A stretch of 50,000 bases of DNA. It comes from Chiloscyllium plagiosum (Eukaryota). The position numbers were made by a program, and so were the translations under genes. Location of the stretch: contig NW_025214726.1 of NCBI RefSeq assembly GCF_004010195.1, positions 1 through 50,000 on the forward strand. The letters run 5' to 3'. The notes below the pieces were generated by a model, which was not told where the DNA came from, searched no databases, and saw only the letters and a program-made list of their open reading frames with translations. How positions within the stretch are numbered: the first letter of the stretch is position 1; the number at the start of each line of letters is the position of its first letter. Below are positions 36,769 through 48,478 of this stretch, one piece after another.

Positions 36769-37089
36769 TTTAGATTAGATTAGATTAGATTACAGTGTGG
36801 AAACAGGCCCTTTGGCCCAACAAGTTCACACCGACCCGCCGAAGCAAAACCCACCCATACCCCTATATTTACCCCTTACCTAACACTACAGGCAATTTAG
36901 TATGGCCAATTCACCTGATCCTGCACATCTTTGGATGGTGGGAGGAAACCGGAGCACCCGGAGGAAACCCACGCAGACACGGGGAGAACGTGCAAACTCC
37001 ACTCAGTCAGTCGCCTGTGGCGGGAATTGAACTCGGGTCTCTGGTGCTGTGAGGCAGCAGTGCTAACCACTGTGCCACCGTGCCGCCCC
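36769..37089 (-). mobile_element. HE1-like V-SINE with (TCTAA)n tail
   Basis: Head gggcggcacggtggcacagtggttagc, V-domain, (tagat)x4 at 36771-36790. Confidence 0.94.
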
Positions 37090-38099
37090 TAAGCTTCCAA
37101 GCTTCTTACACTTCTTGTCTAATTTGTGCACTTTTCTTGCATTTTATAAATACCTGTGAGTGTAAATTCTTAAACTCACTAAACTTGCTTCTAACCCCCT
37201 CCCAAATTGACAGTTTTATCAATCCAAACCTGGTGTCACCCTGGTTTGGTCAATCAGGTTGTTATTCTGCACCATAGGTCTTAGGTCCTTACCTAAATTT
37301 GTCGTCAAAAAGCAAATGATGGGAAAGAGAGAAATTTGAGATTATAAACACGTTAAAACACTGGGACAAATATACTGTATTTGTTCTGAGTGGAAAATTG
37401 ACCACGCTGCATTCATTTGAGGTCCGACAGGTCTGTTTTCTTGTTAATCTAGTGAAAGGGCTCAATGGTTCCAGGTCATGGGAAACAGACTCCAATAGAT
37501 GTAATGTGATCCCTTCAGTTGAAACTGTCTAAACATCTAAAAGATTCAATTGAAATCATTTCCCAACAGATTTGACACCCATTAATTAACACCACTTCTG
37601 CCAACAATAATCCCAGACCTACTCTCACTGAAGCATTCATTTTAGTTTGAAGCCCTGCATCTGGTCAAAATTCAGCACTCTGACTGCTGCTTCTCAAACG
37701 GCTGTAAAGTGGCAATGAGAAAATGTCATTCCCAGAATATGCAAAATGACAGCCACTGCACAGAAAGCCAACCTTGCTGATGCTATGACTTGTTTCATTT
37801 TGTTTCATTTAGGGAACCAGTTTGAAAAATTTAAAGATATGCTAAAGCCGCAATTTTCAGTTGGATGGTGGTTGAGATGGGTGGACATTCACACTCCATC
37901 TGCCATACCAGTGTGAATCCAGTCATTTTAACCTATTTAAATAACGCCCAACTCCTGCACACTCCCAATCCCTATCAATGAAAGGCAGACCAGGGAAACA
38001 GGGTGTTGCCAGAAAGAATAGGTCCTGTCAATAAGAAGTCTGAGTATGTGAGGGGAGCCTCTGAGGTGATTGTTGAGCCCCAGAAGGAATTTTGAAAAA

Positions 38100-38830
38100 T
38101 TGTATTAAACTAGCTTGCCAATCAAAAGTTGACAATGATATTTAACACATTAGAAGATGAAGTGGAACGTATTGGAAGAAAAAATAAGAGAGGCAATATT
38201 AACAAAATCCTGCAATTTTACAGGAGGCTGAGGAACAGAGAGACCTGTGGGTTTACACTAACCTCAGAAGGTTAGTGTAAACCCACTTGTTAATGAAAAT
38301 GGATGCCAAGCCTGGCTTTATAAATCATAGAATTATATATTGTTATATAATTAGAAGTAGAATACAAAAGCAAAATGTTACATTAAACATTAATTATTAA
38401 TGGTAAGCTCTATTATTGTGCTTAATTCCAGGCACCACACTTTAGGATGAATACTAAAACATGTGAGAGGGTACAGAGGATTTTTATGAGAATATTACCA
38501 GGGATGAGGAACCTTGGTTATGTTGAGTGACTAAGGAAGCTAGGATTGTTCTGCTTAGAGCAGTAAATAATACGAGGATAAGAACTAAAGAACTGCTTAC
38601 AGTAAATGGAAGGAACTACTTCAATTGTCAGGAAGATCAGAAGCCAGAAGATGAGATTGAAGTTACTTGGCAAAAACTCTTCATGAAGGCTAAGAGAATC
38701 TTTTGGGCAGCTGAGTTATTTTGGTGCAGAATGCATTGCCCAAGATTGGATGAAGGCATATTTACCATTTGAAAAAAGAAAACATTTTCAATGCTATGGG
38801 GACAAAGCGGAGAAGAGGAACTAAATTAGA
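38100..38830 (+). mobile_element. Old CR1 ORF2 3' fragment
   Basis: gaacagagagacctg, tagaatacaaaagca, gagagggtacagaggatttttatgagaatattaccagggatg (ERVQR.F.R..PG). Confidence 0.65.
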
Positions 38831-39129
38831 TCTAACGCAAATGTGACCCTGTTCAACGCAGTGTCATTGCAGCATGAATGCATGCACATAACAGAGGCAA
38901 ACGCAGCGAACAATCTAGCCTCAGAACAAACATAGCAGCTTCTGAATGTGAAAAAAATGCTTATATGCATAGTCACCCTTTAGTGCATTCCACTGGCAAC
39001 AGCAAAAACTTTCACTAAAGGCAGGTGCTGAAATAGTTCATTTTAAAAGCTTGCTTTATGCATTGCAAATTCGATTAAATGTTATAACTTTAAACAGATA
39101 TTTTTGGTGATTTGGTGACTTTGGTGATG

Positions 39130-41255
39130 TGCAATGAGGCAGACTTGAATAGAGAGCTTAAGGTGAAGAAACCCCTAGATGGTAGTGAATGCAAAAGGAT
39201 GGAATTCACCCTACAGTTTGACAGGGAGAAGTTGGAATCAGATGTAAGCTAATTACAATTGATAAAGGTGACTACAAAGATATGAGAGAGGATTGGCCAG
39301 AGTTGATTAGGAGGGGAGCCTAGCGGGAACTGCAATGGCAGGAGTTTTTGGCGATAATTTGGGAAACACAGCAGAAGTTCATTCTGAGGTAGAAGAAACA
39401 TACCAAATGGAGGAGGAGGCAACCATGGCTGACATAAGAAGTCAGGGACAGCATAAAAACAAAAGAAAAAGCATGTAATGCTGTGAGGAGTAGCGGGAAG
39501 CTAGGGGATTGGGAAGACTTTTAAAAACCAGGAGAGGATAATGCAATAGGGGAGAGAAGATTAAATGTGAGCATAAACTAGCTCTTAGTATGAAACAAGA
39601 TTGTAAGAGATTTTTAGATATCTAAAAGGTAAGAGAAAGGCAAAAGTGGACATTGGACTGCTGGAAAATGGGACTGAAGAAATAGTAATGGGGAACAAAG
39701 AAATGGTGGAGGAACTGAATAGGTACTTTGCATCAGTTTTCGCAGTGGAAGACATCAGCAGCATAGCAGAAGCTCTAGAGAGGCATGGGCAGAGGTGAGT
39801 GCAGTGATCATTAATAAGAAGAAGGTGTTGGGGAAGCTGAAAGATCTGAAGGTAGACAAATGACCTGAACCAGATGGACTACATCTAAAAGTTCTGAAGG
39901 AGAGAGCTGAAGAGATTGTAGAAGCATTGGTGGTGATGTTTCCAGAATCATTGGCATCAGGGAGGATCCCAGAGGACTTGAAAATGCTACCCATGTTTAA
40001 GAAGGAAGGGAGGCAGAAGACAGGAAGTTATAGACCAATTAACCTGACCTCGGTTGTAGGGGAGATTTTAGAGTCCATTATTGAGGATGCGATTGCGGAG
40101 CACATGGAATTACCTGATAAAATAGGGCTGAGTCAGCATGACTTCACCAAGGGGAGGTCAAGCCTGACCAAATGTATTAGAATTTTTTGAGGAGGTAGCG
40201 AACAACTTGGCCAAAGGAGCCAATGGTCTTTTTCAGAATGGCAGCCTGTAACTAGTAGAGTTCCACAGGGGCAGGGGCTTGTATTGGGACTACAACTGTT
40301 CATATTGCATAATACCAATGTGGACAAAGGTATTGAGGGCATTGATGCTAAGTTTGGTGATGGGACAAAGGTAAACAAAGCGATACAGGTAATATTGAAG
40401 GAAGAGAAAAGCTGTAGAAGGACTTGGATAGGCTAGGACAGTAGGCAGAAAATTGTCAAATAGAATATAGTGTGGGAAAGCATGAGGTTATGCACTTTGG
40501 TTGAAAGAAGAGGGGCATAAACTATTTTCTAAATGGGGAAAACCAACAGAAATCTGAAGTACAAAGGGAGTCCCAGCTCAGGATTTTCTTAATGTTAACA
40601 TATAGGGTCAGTTAGCAGTTAGGAAGGCAAATGCAATGTTAACATTCATTTTGAGAGGGCTATAATACAAAAGCAGAAATGTACTGCTGAGGCTGAATAA
40701 GGCTCTAGTCAGACTGCATTTGGAATATTGTGAGCAATTTTGCACCCCATTTCTAAGGAAAACCGTGCTGGTATTGGAGGAAGTCCAGAGGACATTTATA
40801 AAAGTGATCCCAGGATGAAGGACATGTCGTATGAGGAGCAATTGAGGACTGTACTCGATGGAGTTTAGAAGCATGAGGGGAATCTGATTGAAACTCTGAG
40901 AATACTGAGAGGCTTGTTTAGATTGGGTGTGAAGAAGATTTTCCACACGTAGAAAAGACTAGGACCTGAAAGCACAGCCTCGGAGGGAAGGGACAACACT
41001 TCAGGACTGAGATGAGGAGGAACTTCTTCAGCCAGAGGATGGTTAATCTGTGGAACTCATTTCTACAGAGGGTTGTGGAGGCCAAGTCATTGTGTGTATT
41101 TACGACAGAGATAGATAGGTTCTTGATTAGAAAGGGAATAAAGGGTAACAGGAAGAAGGCAAGAGTGAGTGAAGAAACATATCAGCCATGATCAAATAGT
41201 GGAACAGACTTGATAACCGCATGGCTTAATTTTTCTCTTATATCTTATGATCTCC
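39130..41255 (+). mobile_element. CR1 LINE, ~2.1 kb, decayed ORF2 with internal deletions
   Basis: EELNRYFASVF, FKKEGRQKTGSYRPINLTSVVG, QHDFTKGRS, AKFGDGTK, RLHLEYCEQF; tail tcttatatcttatg. Confidence 0.92.
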
Positions 41256-41813
41256 TGGTCATTATTGACTGAGCATTACAACTTCATTTAAATTACAGAG
41301 CTTATGAAAAGCTGAACTGTATATAACCCAACCATATTGATTATAAAATATAATTTTTGCTTTGTTCTGAATCATCCAATGCCTGCAAAATAATTAACCT
41401 CCGCATTAAATAAGAAAATTGGCCTGAGAGGCTAGCTGAGCTTCTCCCAATCGTATGTTTCTGACTGTGCATTGTATTTTTCCAACTCAGATCTTATTTA
41501 GATTTTCCAGTTTTATATTAGGTAGATTAAAAAATCGCATTAGCGTTATCTTTCTTTTTGTTCATCTGTTTTCTATCCCTTGCTATTTAACATCAGCATT
41601 TTGATTTAACCAGATGGTCGGTAGTCAACCATGAATTAACATTCTCTTTAGAGTATGTATTTCAAGTTAATGTAACTCTTTGGGAACCTTATCCTATACA
41701 GTATCCAAATGGGTTATGTTGCCTATATGTATATTTCTATTTCATTTTCAACCCCTTTTGAAGCTATATTCCAAGCCTTCATTGTCTCCAGAATTTCTTT
41801 CTTAAAACTCCTG

Positions 41814-42358
41814 TCATAGTCATAGAGATGTACAGCATGGAAACAGATCCTTCGGTCCAACCTGTCCATGCCGATCAGATGTCCCAACCCAATCTAGTCC
41901 CACCTGCCAGCACCCAGCCCATATCCCTCCAAACCTTTCCTATTCATATACCCATCTAAATGCCTTTTAAATGTTGCAATTGTACCAGCCTCCACCACTT
42001 CCTCTGGCAGCTCATTCCATTCATGTACCATCCTCTGCGTGAAAAAGTTGCCTCTTAGGTCTCTTTTATATCTTTCCCCTCTCACCCTAAACCTATGGCC
42101 TCTAGTTCTGGACTCTCCAACCCAGGGAAAAGACTTTGCCTATTCACCCTATCCATGCCCCTCATAATTTTGTAAACCTCTATAAGGTCACCCTCAGCCT
42201 CCAATGCTCCGGGGAAAACAGCCCCAGCCTGTTCAGCCTTTCCCTATAGCTCAGATCCTCCAACCCTGGCAACATCCTTGTAAATCTTTTCTGAACCCTT
42301 TCATGTTTCACAACATCTTTCTGATAGGAAGGAGACCAGAATTGCACGCAATATTCCC
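41814..42358 (-). mobile_element. CR1 3' end, young family
   Basis: RGERYKRDLRGNFFTQRMVHEWNELPEEVVEAG; gtcatagtcatagag tail. Confidence 0.94.
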
Positions 42359-42699
42359 TATTTGTGGGTTTTTTTTCAATTCACAGAATCTTAAGGGTAT
42401 CCAAAATTCCTCCCACCTGTCCCCAATCCCATTTCTTTATATCCTGCTCTTCTTGATCATCACCATTAGACGTTCAGCATGTTTCTAAGATATCAAATCT
42501 ATGACTTTGAGATGAGCAATAAGCTGGTTCGGCAGTTTGTCTTCACTAATAATGAAAAACAATCGTAAATTATAAAATGCAATGACCTGAGATGACAAAT
42601 ACAGTGAAAAAGTTCATAAATGTCCACATTTTAAAAATCATTTATGAGATTGTTGTTTTTTATGGTGCACATGCAGAGCTGGTGAGAAGCGAGCACATC

Positions 42700-43000
42700 A
42701 TTGTAGCAAAGTCAAGAGAGATGATAATGTTCCCGCAACTTTGTAGCGCTTGCCAAGAATGTGTAATGCTGTTTTGGAAACATTGAACATTATATTCAGT
42801 TTTGGTCAATAAATATCAAGATAGCTATTCAAGCAGTCAATGCAATGTTGGTGTCAAGGTCTGAGTTATGAAAAAAAAAGATGAAATTTGGGTTCCTCAG
42901 TCTGAAAAGGAGGTAGCTGTGAGAAATATATAAAATTGTTAATAAAATATAAACGAACCTGGAACATTAAAGTAAACAGCAGGAAGGCAAGAAGTAGGAA
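42700..43000 (+). mobile_element. Very old CR1-like fragment
   Basis: KSREMI..QLCSA..H*TLYSVLV-like decay of KSREVMLQLY..HLEYCVQFWS. Confidence 0.45.
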
Positions 43001-43294
43001 ACTTATTATCTGAAATAACTTTCTAGATAAACTAAGGGAATAATAAGAATCATTTTAAAAGCAATTGGATGGTAAAGAAAGAGGCAATACATAAAGAAAT
43101 TAAAGTGGCTTGAAAGGCCTTCCTTAACAGACATTATCTTGGGAACCTCATTGCATGATGTATGGCCATATCTTGACATTAATAATGAGCTGTACCCTTG
43201 ACATTTATCTGTGGACATGTTAAAGAAATGGTTCAGGTCTACACCTATGCTTGTACTGTTGAAAGAAAACTAGTGGGTGGAAATAAGATGAAAA

Positions 43295-44080
43295 AACCAT
43301 AGGTGCAGAAGTAGGCTGTTCAGCCTATCAAATCCACTCCACTATTCAATGAGTTCATGGGGAATCTGATAATCCTAAACTCCATTTTCATTCCATATCT
43401 GCATAGCTCTTGATTACTATAATGATTAGAAATACCTCTATCTCAGCCATGGATATTCTTTACAAAACAGCCTGATTAGCCATCTGCAGCAAAGAATTCA
43501 CTATCCTCTAAGAGAAAAGAGTCCTCCTCATCTTTGTCTTAAATGAACAATTCTGTATTCTGAGATTATGCCTACTTGTGGGCTATGTCCTAGACTCTCC
43601 CACAAATGGAAGCAACCTCTCGGTATCTACCCTGTCAAGTCCCATAAAAATCTGACATGTTTTGATAAGGTCTCCTCTCATTCGTCTAAACACCAGCAAG
43701 ACAAGTCCAACCTATTCAACTTCTCCTCATAAGAAAGTTCCTGCAGACCCAGGATCAATCTCGACAACCTTCTCTGGACTGCCTCCAATATCAGAATGTT
43801 GCTCCTTAGATAAGAGGTGCAAAACTGTTCATAGTATTCCAGCTGTGGTCTGATTAGTGTCTTAATTAGCCTCCCTATTTTATATTCCATTCCCTTTGAA
43901 ACATTCAATTTGACTTCTCAATTACTGGCTGAATTTTTGTGCTAGCTTTCTGTAATTTATGCACAAGCACCCCAAAGCCCTCTTCACTTCGGCTTTCTGA
44001 GTCTTTGTTCATTTAAATAATATTCAACTCCTCTATTCTTCCTGTTAAACTGCAAAATCTCATATTTGTTCACATCCTCC
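43295..44080 (-). mobile_element. CR1 3' fragment
   Basis: KTLIRPQLEYYEQFCTSYLRSNILILEAVQRRLSRLILG. Confidence 0.85.
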
Positions 44081-44878
44081 ATATAACACAACTTAATGAG
44101 GAGACATGTTTGCTACTGCTGTATGATTGTTTCCAGTTACAATATACTATGGACAGCAATACTAGAGAAAACACCCACAATCCCACACTCCTCCAGGTAA
44201 CTCCACTGAACCTGAGAATCAATGTTACAATTTCATAGCCCTAAACTAATTTGTCCTCCCTGAGAAAATGCCTTCCGAGAGATCAATCAATTAAAGAATA
44301 TTATCTTTGGTACTTAACAGTTGTGCATCCCAAGGAATATGAAAAATGGAATGTGCAATGTGAAATGTTAATCAGCTTTTCCCACCCTGAATAAAAGGAA
44401 AGTTCAAATTAAAGGGACATCTATAGAGCTAAACTGTGTGTTCAAATGAAAATTAGTCTCAAGAAGTTCATAAAAATAATTTTTAATATCCCATATCACT
44501 TACTGAGACTGGATTTGTGACTTAAAGGAGAATTGCAAGTCCACTGCCCACAACTTTATGCCTCTGAAAATTTAGACTAATGCACTGTCTCAATTAGAAA
44601 AGAATACAAGAAAATTAATGACCATTTGAATATTTGAGGACATTGACAAGGTGGGGTATATACAGAAACAAGGCATTGGATGAAATGCTAAGAAGTCTTT
44701 AAACCTTCAGCAAGTAATTGTTCCCTAGGATGAATAATTGATACAAATGTTGGATAAGGATTATTACAATTCTGTACAAACATTTACCATGTTTCTGAAA
44801 GGTAGGGACATTTACACTTTCAAATTGCATAAGAAATGCTATATTGTAATAAGCCAGGGTCACAAAGGTTGCTTAATA

Positions 44879-45056
44879 AAAACTGAAAGAACTACTGATG
44901 CTGTAAGTCAGAAACTAAAACAGAAGTTGCTGGCAAAGTTCAGCAGGTCTGGCAGCATCTGTGAAGAGAAATCAGAGTTAACTTTTATGGGTCCAGTGAC
45001 TCTTCATCAGTGCTGCCAGACCTGCTGACTTTCTCAGCGAGTTCTGTTTTTGTTCA
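44879..45056. mobile_element. PLE family B inverted short insert
   Basis: Tail plus an arm ending at cttcatcag (hammerhead CTGATGA), then the inverted arm tgctgccagacctgctga..ttctgtttt. TSD degenerate. Confidence 0.8.
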
Positions 45057-45319
45057 TAAAGATCACTTGATTGCCTTTAGGGGCTAGAAAGGAATTTCCC
45101 AGAACTTACTTGACCTGGCTACAGATGATGACCTGGATTTTTATCCTGAGGCAGAAGTGGTTTTGGAGGATCAGGTGTTACTGTTGCTGCTGGTCAATGT
45201 GGTTGTCTGCCAACACATTCCCGCCTCCAGTCTATTTCTAGGGAGGTAGCTTCTGCAGATGACACCTTCCCGCCCACCAGCAACAGAAAGCCAATTAAAG
45301 TGCCATTAAAGTGCCATTA

Positions 45320-46339
45320 TTCACATATTGTATTTTCCATTTATCCCCAAAAGACCTCTAGTAATAATGACATAAATGATGTGACAAAAAAAATCTAGCA
45401 ACAATTCCTTGTGACAGACAGTGTTGTTTTCCTTGACATTTCATTGAGATCACCTCAGGGATATTTCTGAGATAAATAATTGTAGCCATTGTTTTTCTGT
45501 ATTTGTCAGTTTTCCAGTTAATATGACTAAATTATTATAAAAGTATTTATTGGCAAGATGTGGAATGTCTCAAACAATTAAAGGCACAGTGTTCATCACT
45601 TTCTGGTGGAGCAGGCAGAGAAATGTGGTCTTGTTTGCATGACACTGTGATGTCCTAATTTGGTCACTGGTGATGGCAATCTATTTTTGGTAACCACCAA
45701 ATTATCTGAGAAATATCAAAAATATCACATATTCCTTTTGTGTTTAGACAATAGGTCTTTACATATGAAAAGGTGATAGAAACCTTTAATGTGGTAAACA
45801 TGGATTTCCAGAAGATATTTGATAGAGTGTCACAAAACAGACTTGTGAGGAAAGTTACAGGTTTTGGAACAGTAGCAACATGGATACAAAATTGGCTGAG
45901 TGACAGGAAGTAGACATGATTCGGAAATGCCAGTGTTGGACTGGGGTGTACAAAGTTATAAATCACACAACACCAGGTTATAGTCCAACAGGTTTAATTG
46001 GAAACACACTAGTTTTCGGAGCGACGCTCACAATCACCTGATGAAGGAGTGTCGCTCTGAATGCTAGCGTGTTTCCAATTAAACCTGTTGGACTATAACC
46101 TGGTGTTGTGTGATTTTTAAGGAAGTAGACAGTAATGGTCAATGAATATTTTTTGTGCTGTTGGATGGTTTTAGTAAGTTCCCCAGGGCTCAGTATTGGC
46201 CTGAAGTGATCTCAATGAAATGTCAAGGAAAACAACACTGTCTGTCACAAGGAATTGGTTGCTGGATTTTTTTGTCACATCATTTATGTCTTTATTACTA
46301 GAGATCTTTTGGGGATAAATGGAAAATACAATATGTGAA
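45320..46339. repeat. 140-bp inverted duplication (45320-45459 vs 46200-46339)
   Basis: The two segments are reverse complements with about 5-6 differences; the right copy interrupts a CR1. Confidence 0.92.
45917..46119. mobile_element. PLE family C inverted short insert
   Basis: 12-bp TSD aggaagtagaca at 45905-45916 and 46120-46131; inverted arms; mutated hammerhead cac CTGATGA A GGAGTGTCGCTCT GAAT GCTA. Confidence 0.82.
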
Positions 46340-46455
46340 AAATGTATCTTCTCCTGATTTATGTTAATGATAGATTAATGATCTGGATCTTGGAATGCAA
46401 GAAATAATTTAAAAGTTTGCTAATGACATTAAACTTGGAAGAATTGTGAACTGTG

Positions 46456-46811
46456 GGGTAGCACGGTGGCTCAATGATTAGCAATGCTCTCTCACAGGGC
46501 CAGGGACCCAGATTCAATTCAACCTCAGGCGACTGTCTGTGTGGAGTTTGCACATTCTCCCCTTGTCCGCATGGGTTTCCTCCAGGTGTTCCGGTTTCCT
46601 CCCACAGTCCAAAGATGTGCAGGTTGGGTGGACTGGCCATGCTAAATTGCTCATAGTATCCAGGGTGTGGAGGCTAGGTAGATTAGCCACAGGAAATGCA
46701 GGATTGTAAGGTATGCAACAGGTCTGGGTGGGATGCTCTTTGGAGGGTTAGTGTGAACTAGATGGGCTGAATAGCTTGTTTCCACACTGTAAGGATACTA
46801 TGATTCTATGA
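46456..46811 (+). mobile_element. HE1-like V-SINE
   Basis: gcacggtggctcaatgattagc head, V-domain, atgattctatg tail. Confidence 0.92.
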
Positions 46812-47300
46812 GAGTTTAAAACTCCAACAGGAACATAGATAAGTTGGTGTAGGTAGTAAATGAGCATCAATACAGAGAAGTCTGAGATGGTGCACCTTGG
46901 TCAGAAGAACACTGAAAGATAATTTAAATGTTTGATACAATTCTAAAAGGGGTGCAGGAGCACAGGCAGCCCAGGGGTATATGTGCAAAAGTCATTGAAG
47001 ATGACAGAACAGATGGAGAGAGCAGTAAATAAAGCATACAGTTTTCTTAGCGCTATGAATAGGGACATAGCATAGACCAATTCTAGGTGCCACATTATGG
47101 GAAAGGTTTGAATTAGAGAGAATGCAGAGGCGATTTGTAAGAATGGTTCCAGAAATGAAAACCTTCAGTTATGAGGATAGACTGAAGAAATTGGGACTAA
47201 TCTCCACAGAGAGGAGAAGACTAAAAGCAGGTTTGATAAAAGCTTTCAAAATCATGAGCTGACTGGATAGAGTAGATAGGGAGAAGCTGTTCTTCGTAAT

Positions 47301-48280
47301 AAGACCATAAGACATAAGAGCATGGCCATTCATCCATCAAGTCTGCTCCACCATTCAATCATGGCTGATCATTTTCTCATCCCCATTCTCCTGCTTTTTG
47401 TCCTTGATACTCAAAAACCTATCTCTCTCAGTCTTAAATATACTCAATGACCTGGCCTCCACAGCCTTCTGTGGCAAAGAATTCCATAGATTCACCACTC
47501 TCTAGCTGAAGAATTTTCTCCTTTCCTCCATTCTAAAAGATCTTCCCTTTACTCCAAGGTTATGCCCTCAGGTCCTAGTCTCTCCTACCAACAGAAACAT
47601 CCTCCCAACATCCACTCTGTCAAGGCTATTCAGTATTCTGTATGTTTCAATTGGATCCCCCATCATACTTCTAAACTTTATTGACTAGAAACCCAGAGTC
47701 CTCAAATGTTCCTCATATGTTAAGTTTTTCATTCCTGAAACCACTCCACTAAACATGCTCCAAGGCCAATATATACTTCTTTAGATATGGGACCCAAAAC
47801 CGCATAAAATATTCAAACTGTTGTCTTACCAGAGACTTATAGAATCTCAGAAGTACATCCCTGCTTTTATATTCAAGTCCTCTCAAAATAAATGCCATCA
47901 TTACATTTGCCTTCCTAACTACTGACTCAACTTGCAAGTTTACTTGAGAGAATCCTGGACTAGAACTCTTAAGTCTCTTTGCACTTCAGACTTTTGAATT
48001 TTCTCCCCATTTAGAAAATAGTCAATGCCTCTATTCTTCCTACAAAAGTGCATGACCTCACACTTTCCCACATTGTATTCCATCTGCCACTTCTTTGCCC
48101 ACTCTTCTAACCTGTCCATATCCTTCTGCAGCCTCCTCGCCTCCTCAATGCTACCTGTCCCTCTAGCTATCTGCAAACATAGCCAGAATACCCTCAGTTC
48201 CTTTGTTAATCGTTTATGCATGAAGTTAAAAGTTGTGATCCCAATACTGAGACTTGCGGAACACCACTTGTCACCAGCTG
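47301..48280 (-). mobile_element. CR1 3' portion
   Basis: RRLQKDMDRLEEWAKKWQMEYNVGKCEVMHF, RGLEYKSRDVLLRFYKSLVR; aagaccataagacataag tail. Confidence 0.92.
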
Positions 48281-48478
48281 CATTCTCAGCTACCTTCCCC
48301 CAGCCCCACCCTCCCTCCCATTTATCTCTCAGACCCCCGGCCCACAAGCCTCATTCCTGATGAAGGGCTTATGCCCGGAATGTGATTCCCCTGTTCCTCG
48401 GAAGCTGCCTGACCTGCTGTGCTTTTCCAGCACCACACTCTCGACACTGATCTCCAGTATCTGCAGTCTTCACTTTTT
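48281..48478 (+). mobile_element. PLE family A 3' end with tail
   Basis: cattc CTGATGA A GGGC-ttat-GCCC ggaa (mutated core), followed by the common arm and the tail ctgatctccagtatctgcagtcttcactt. Confidence 0.85.
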
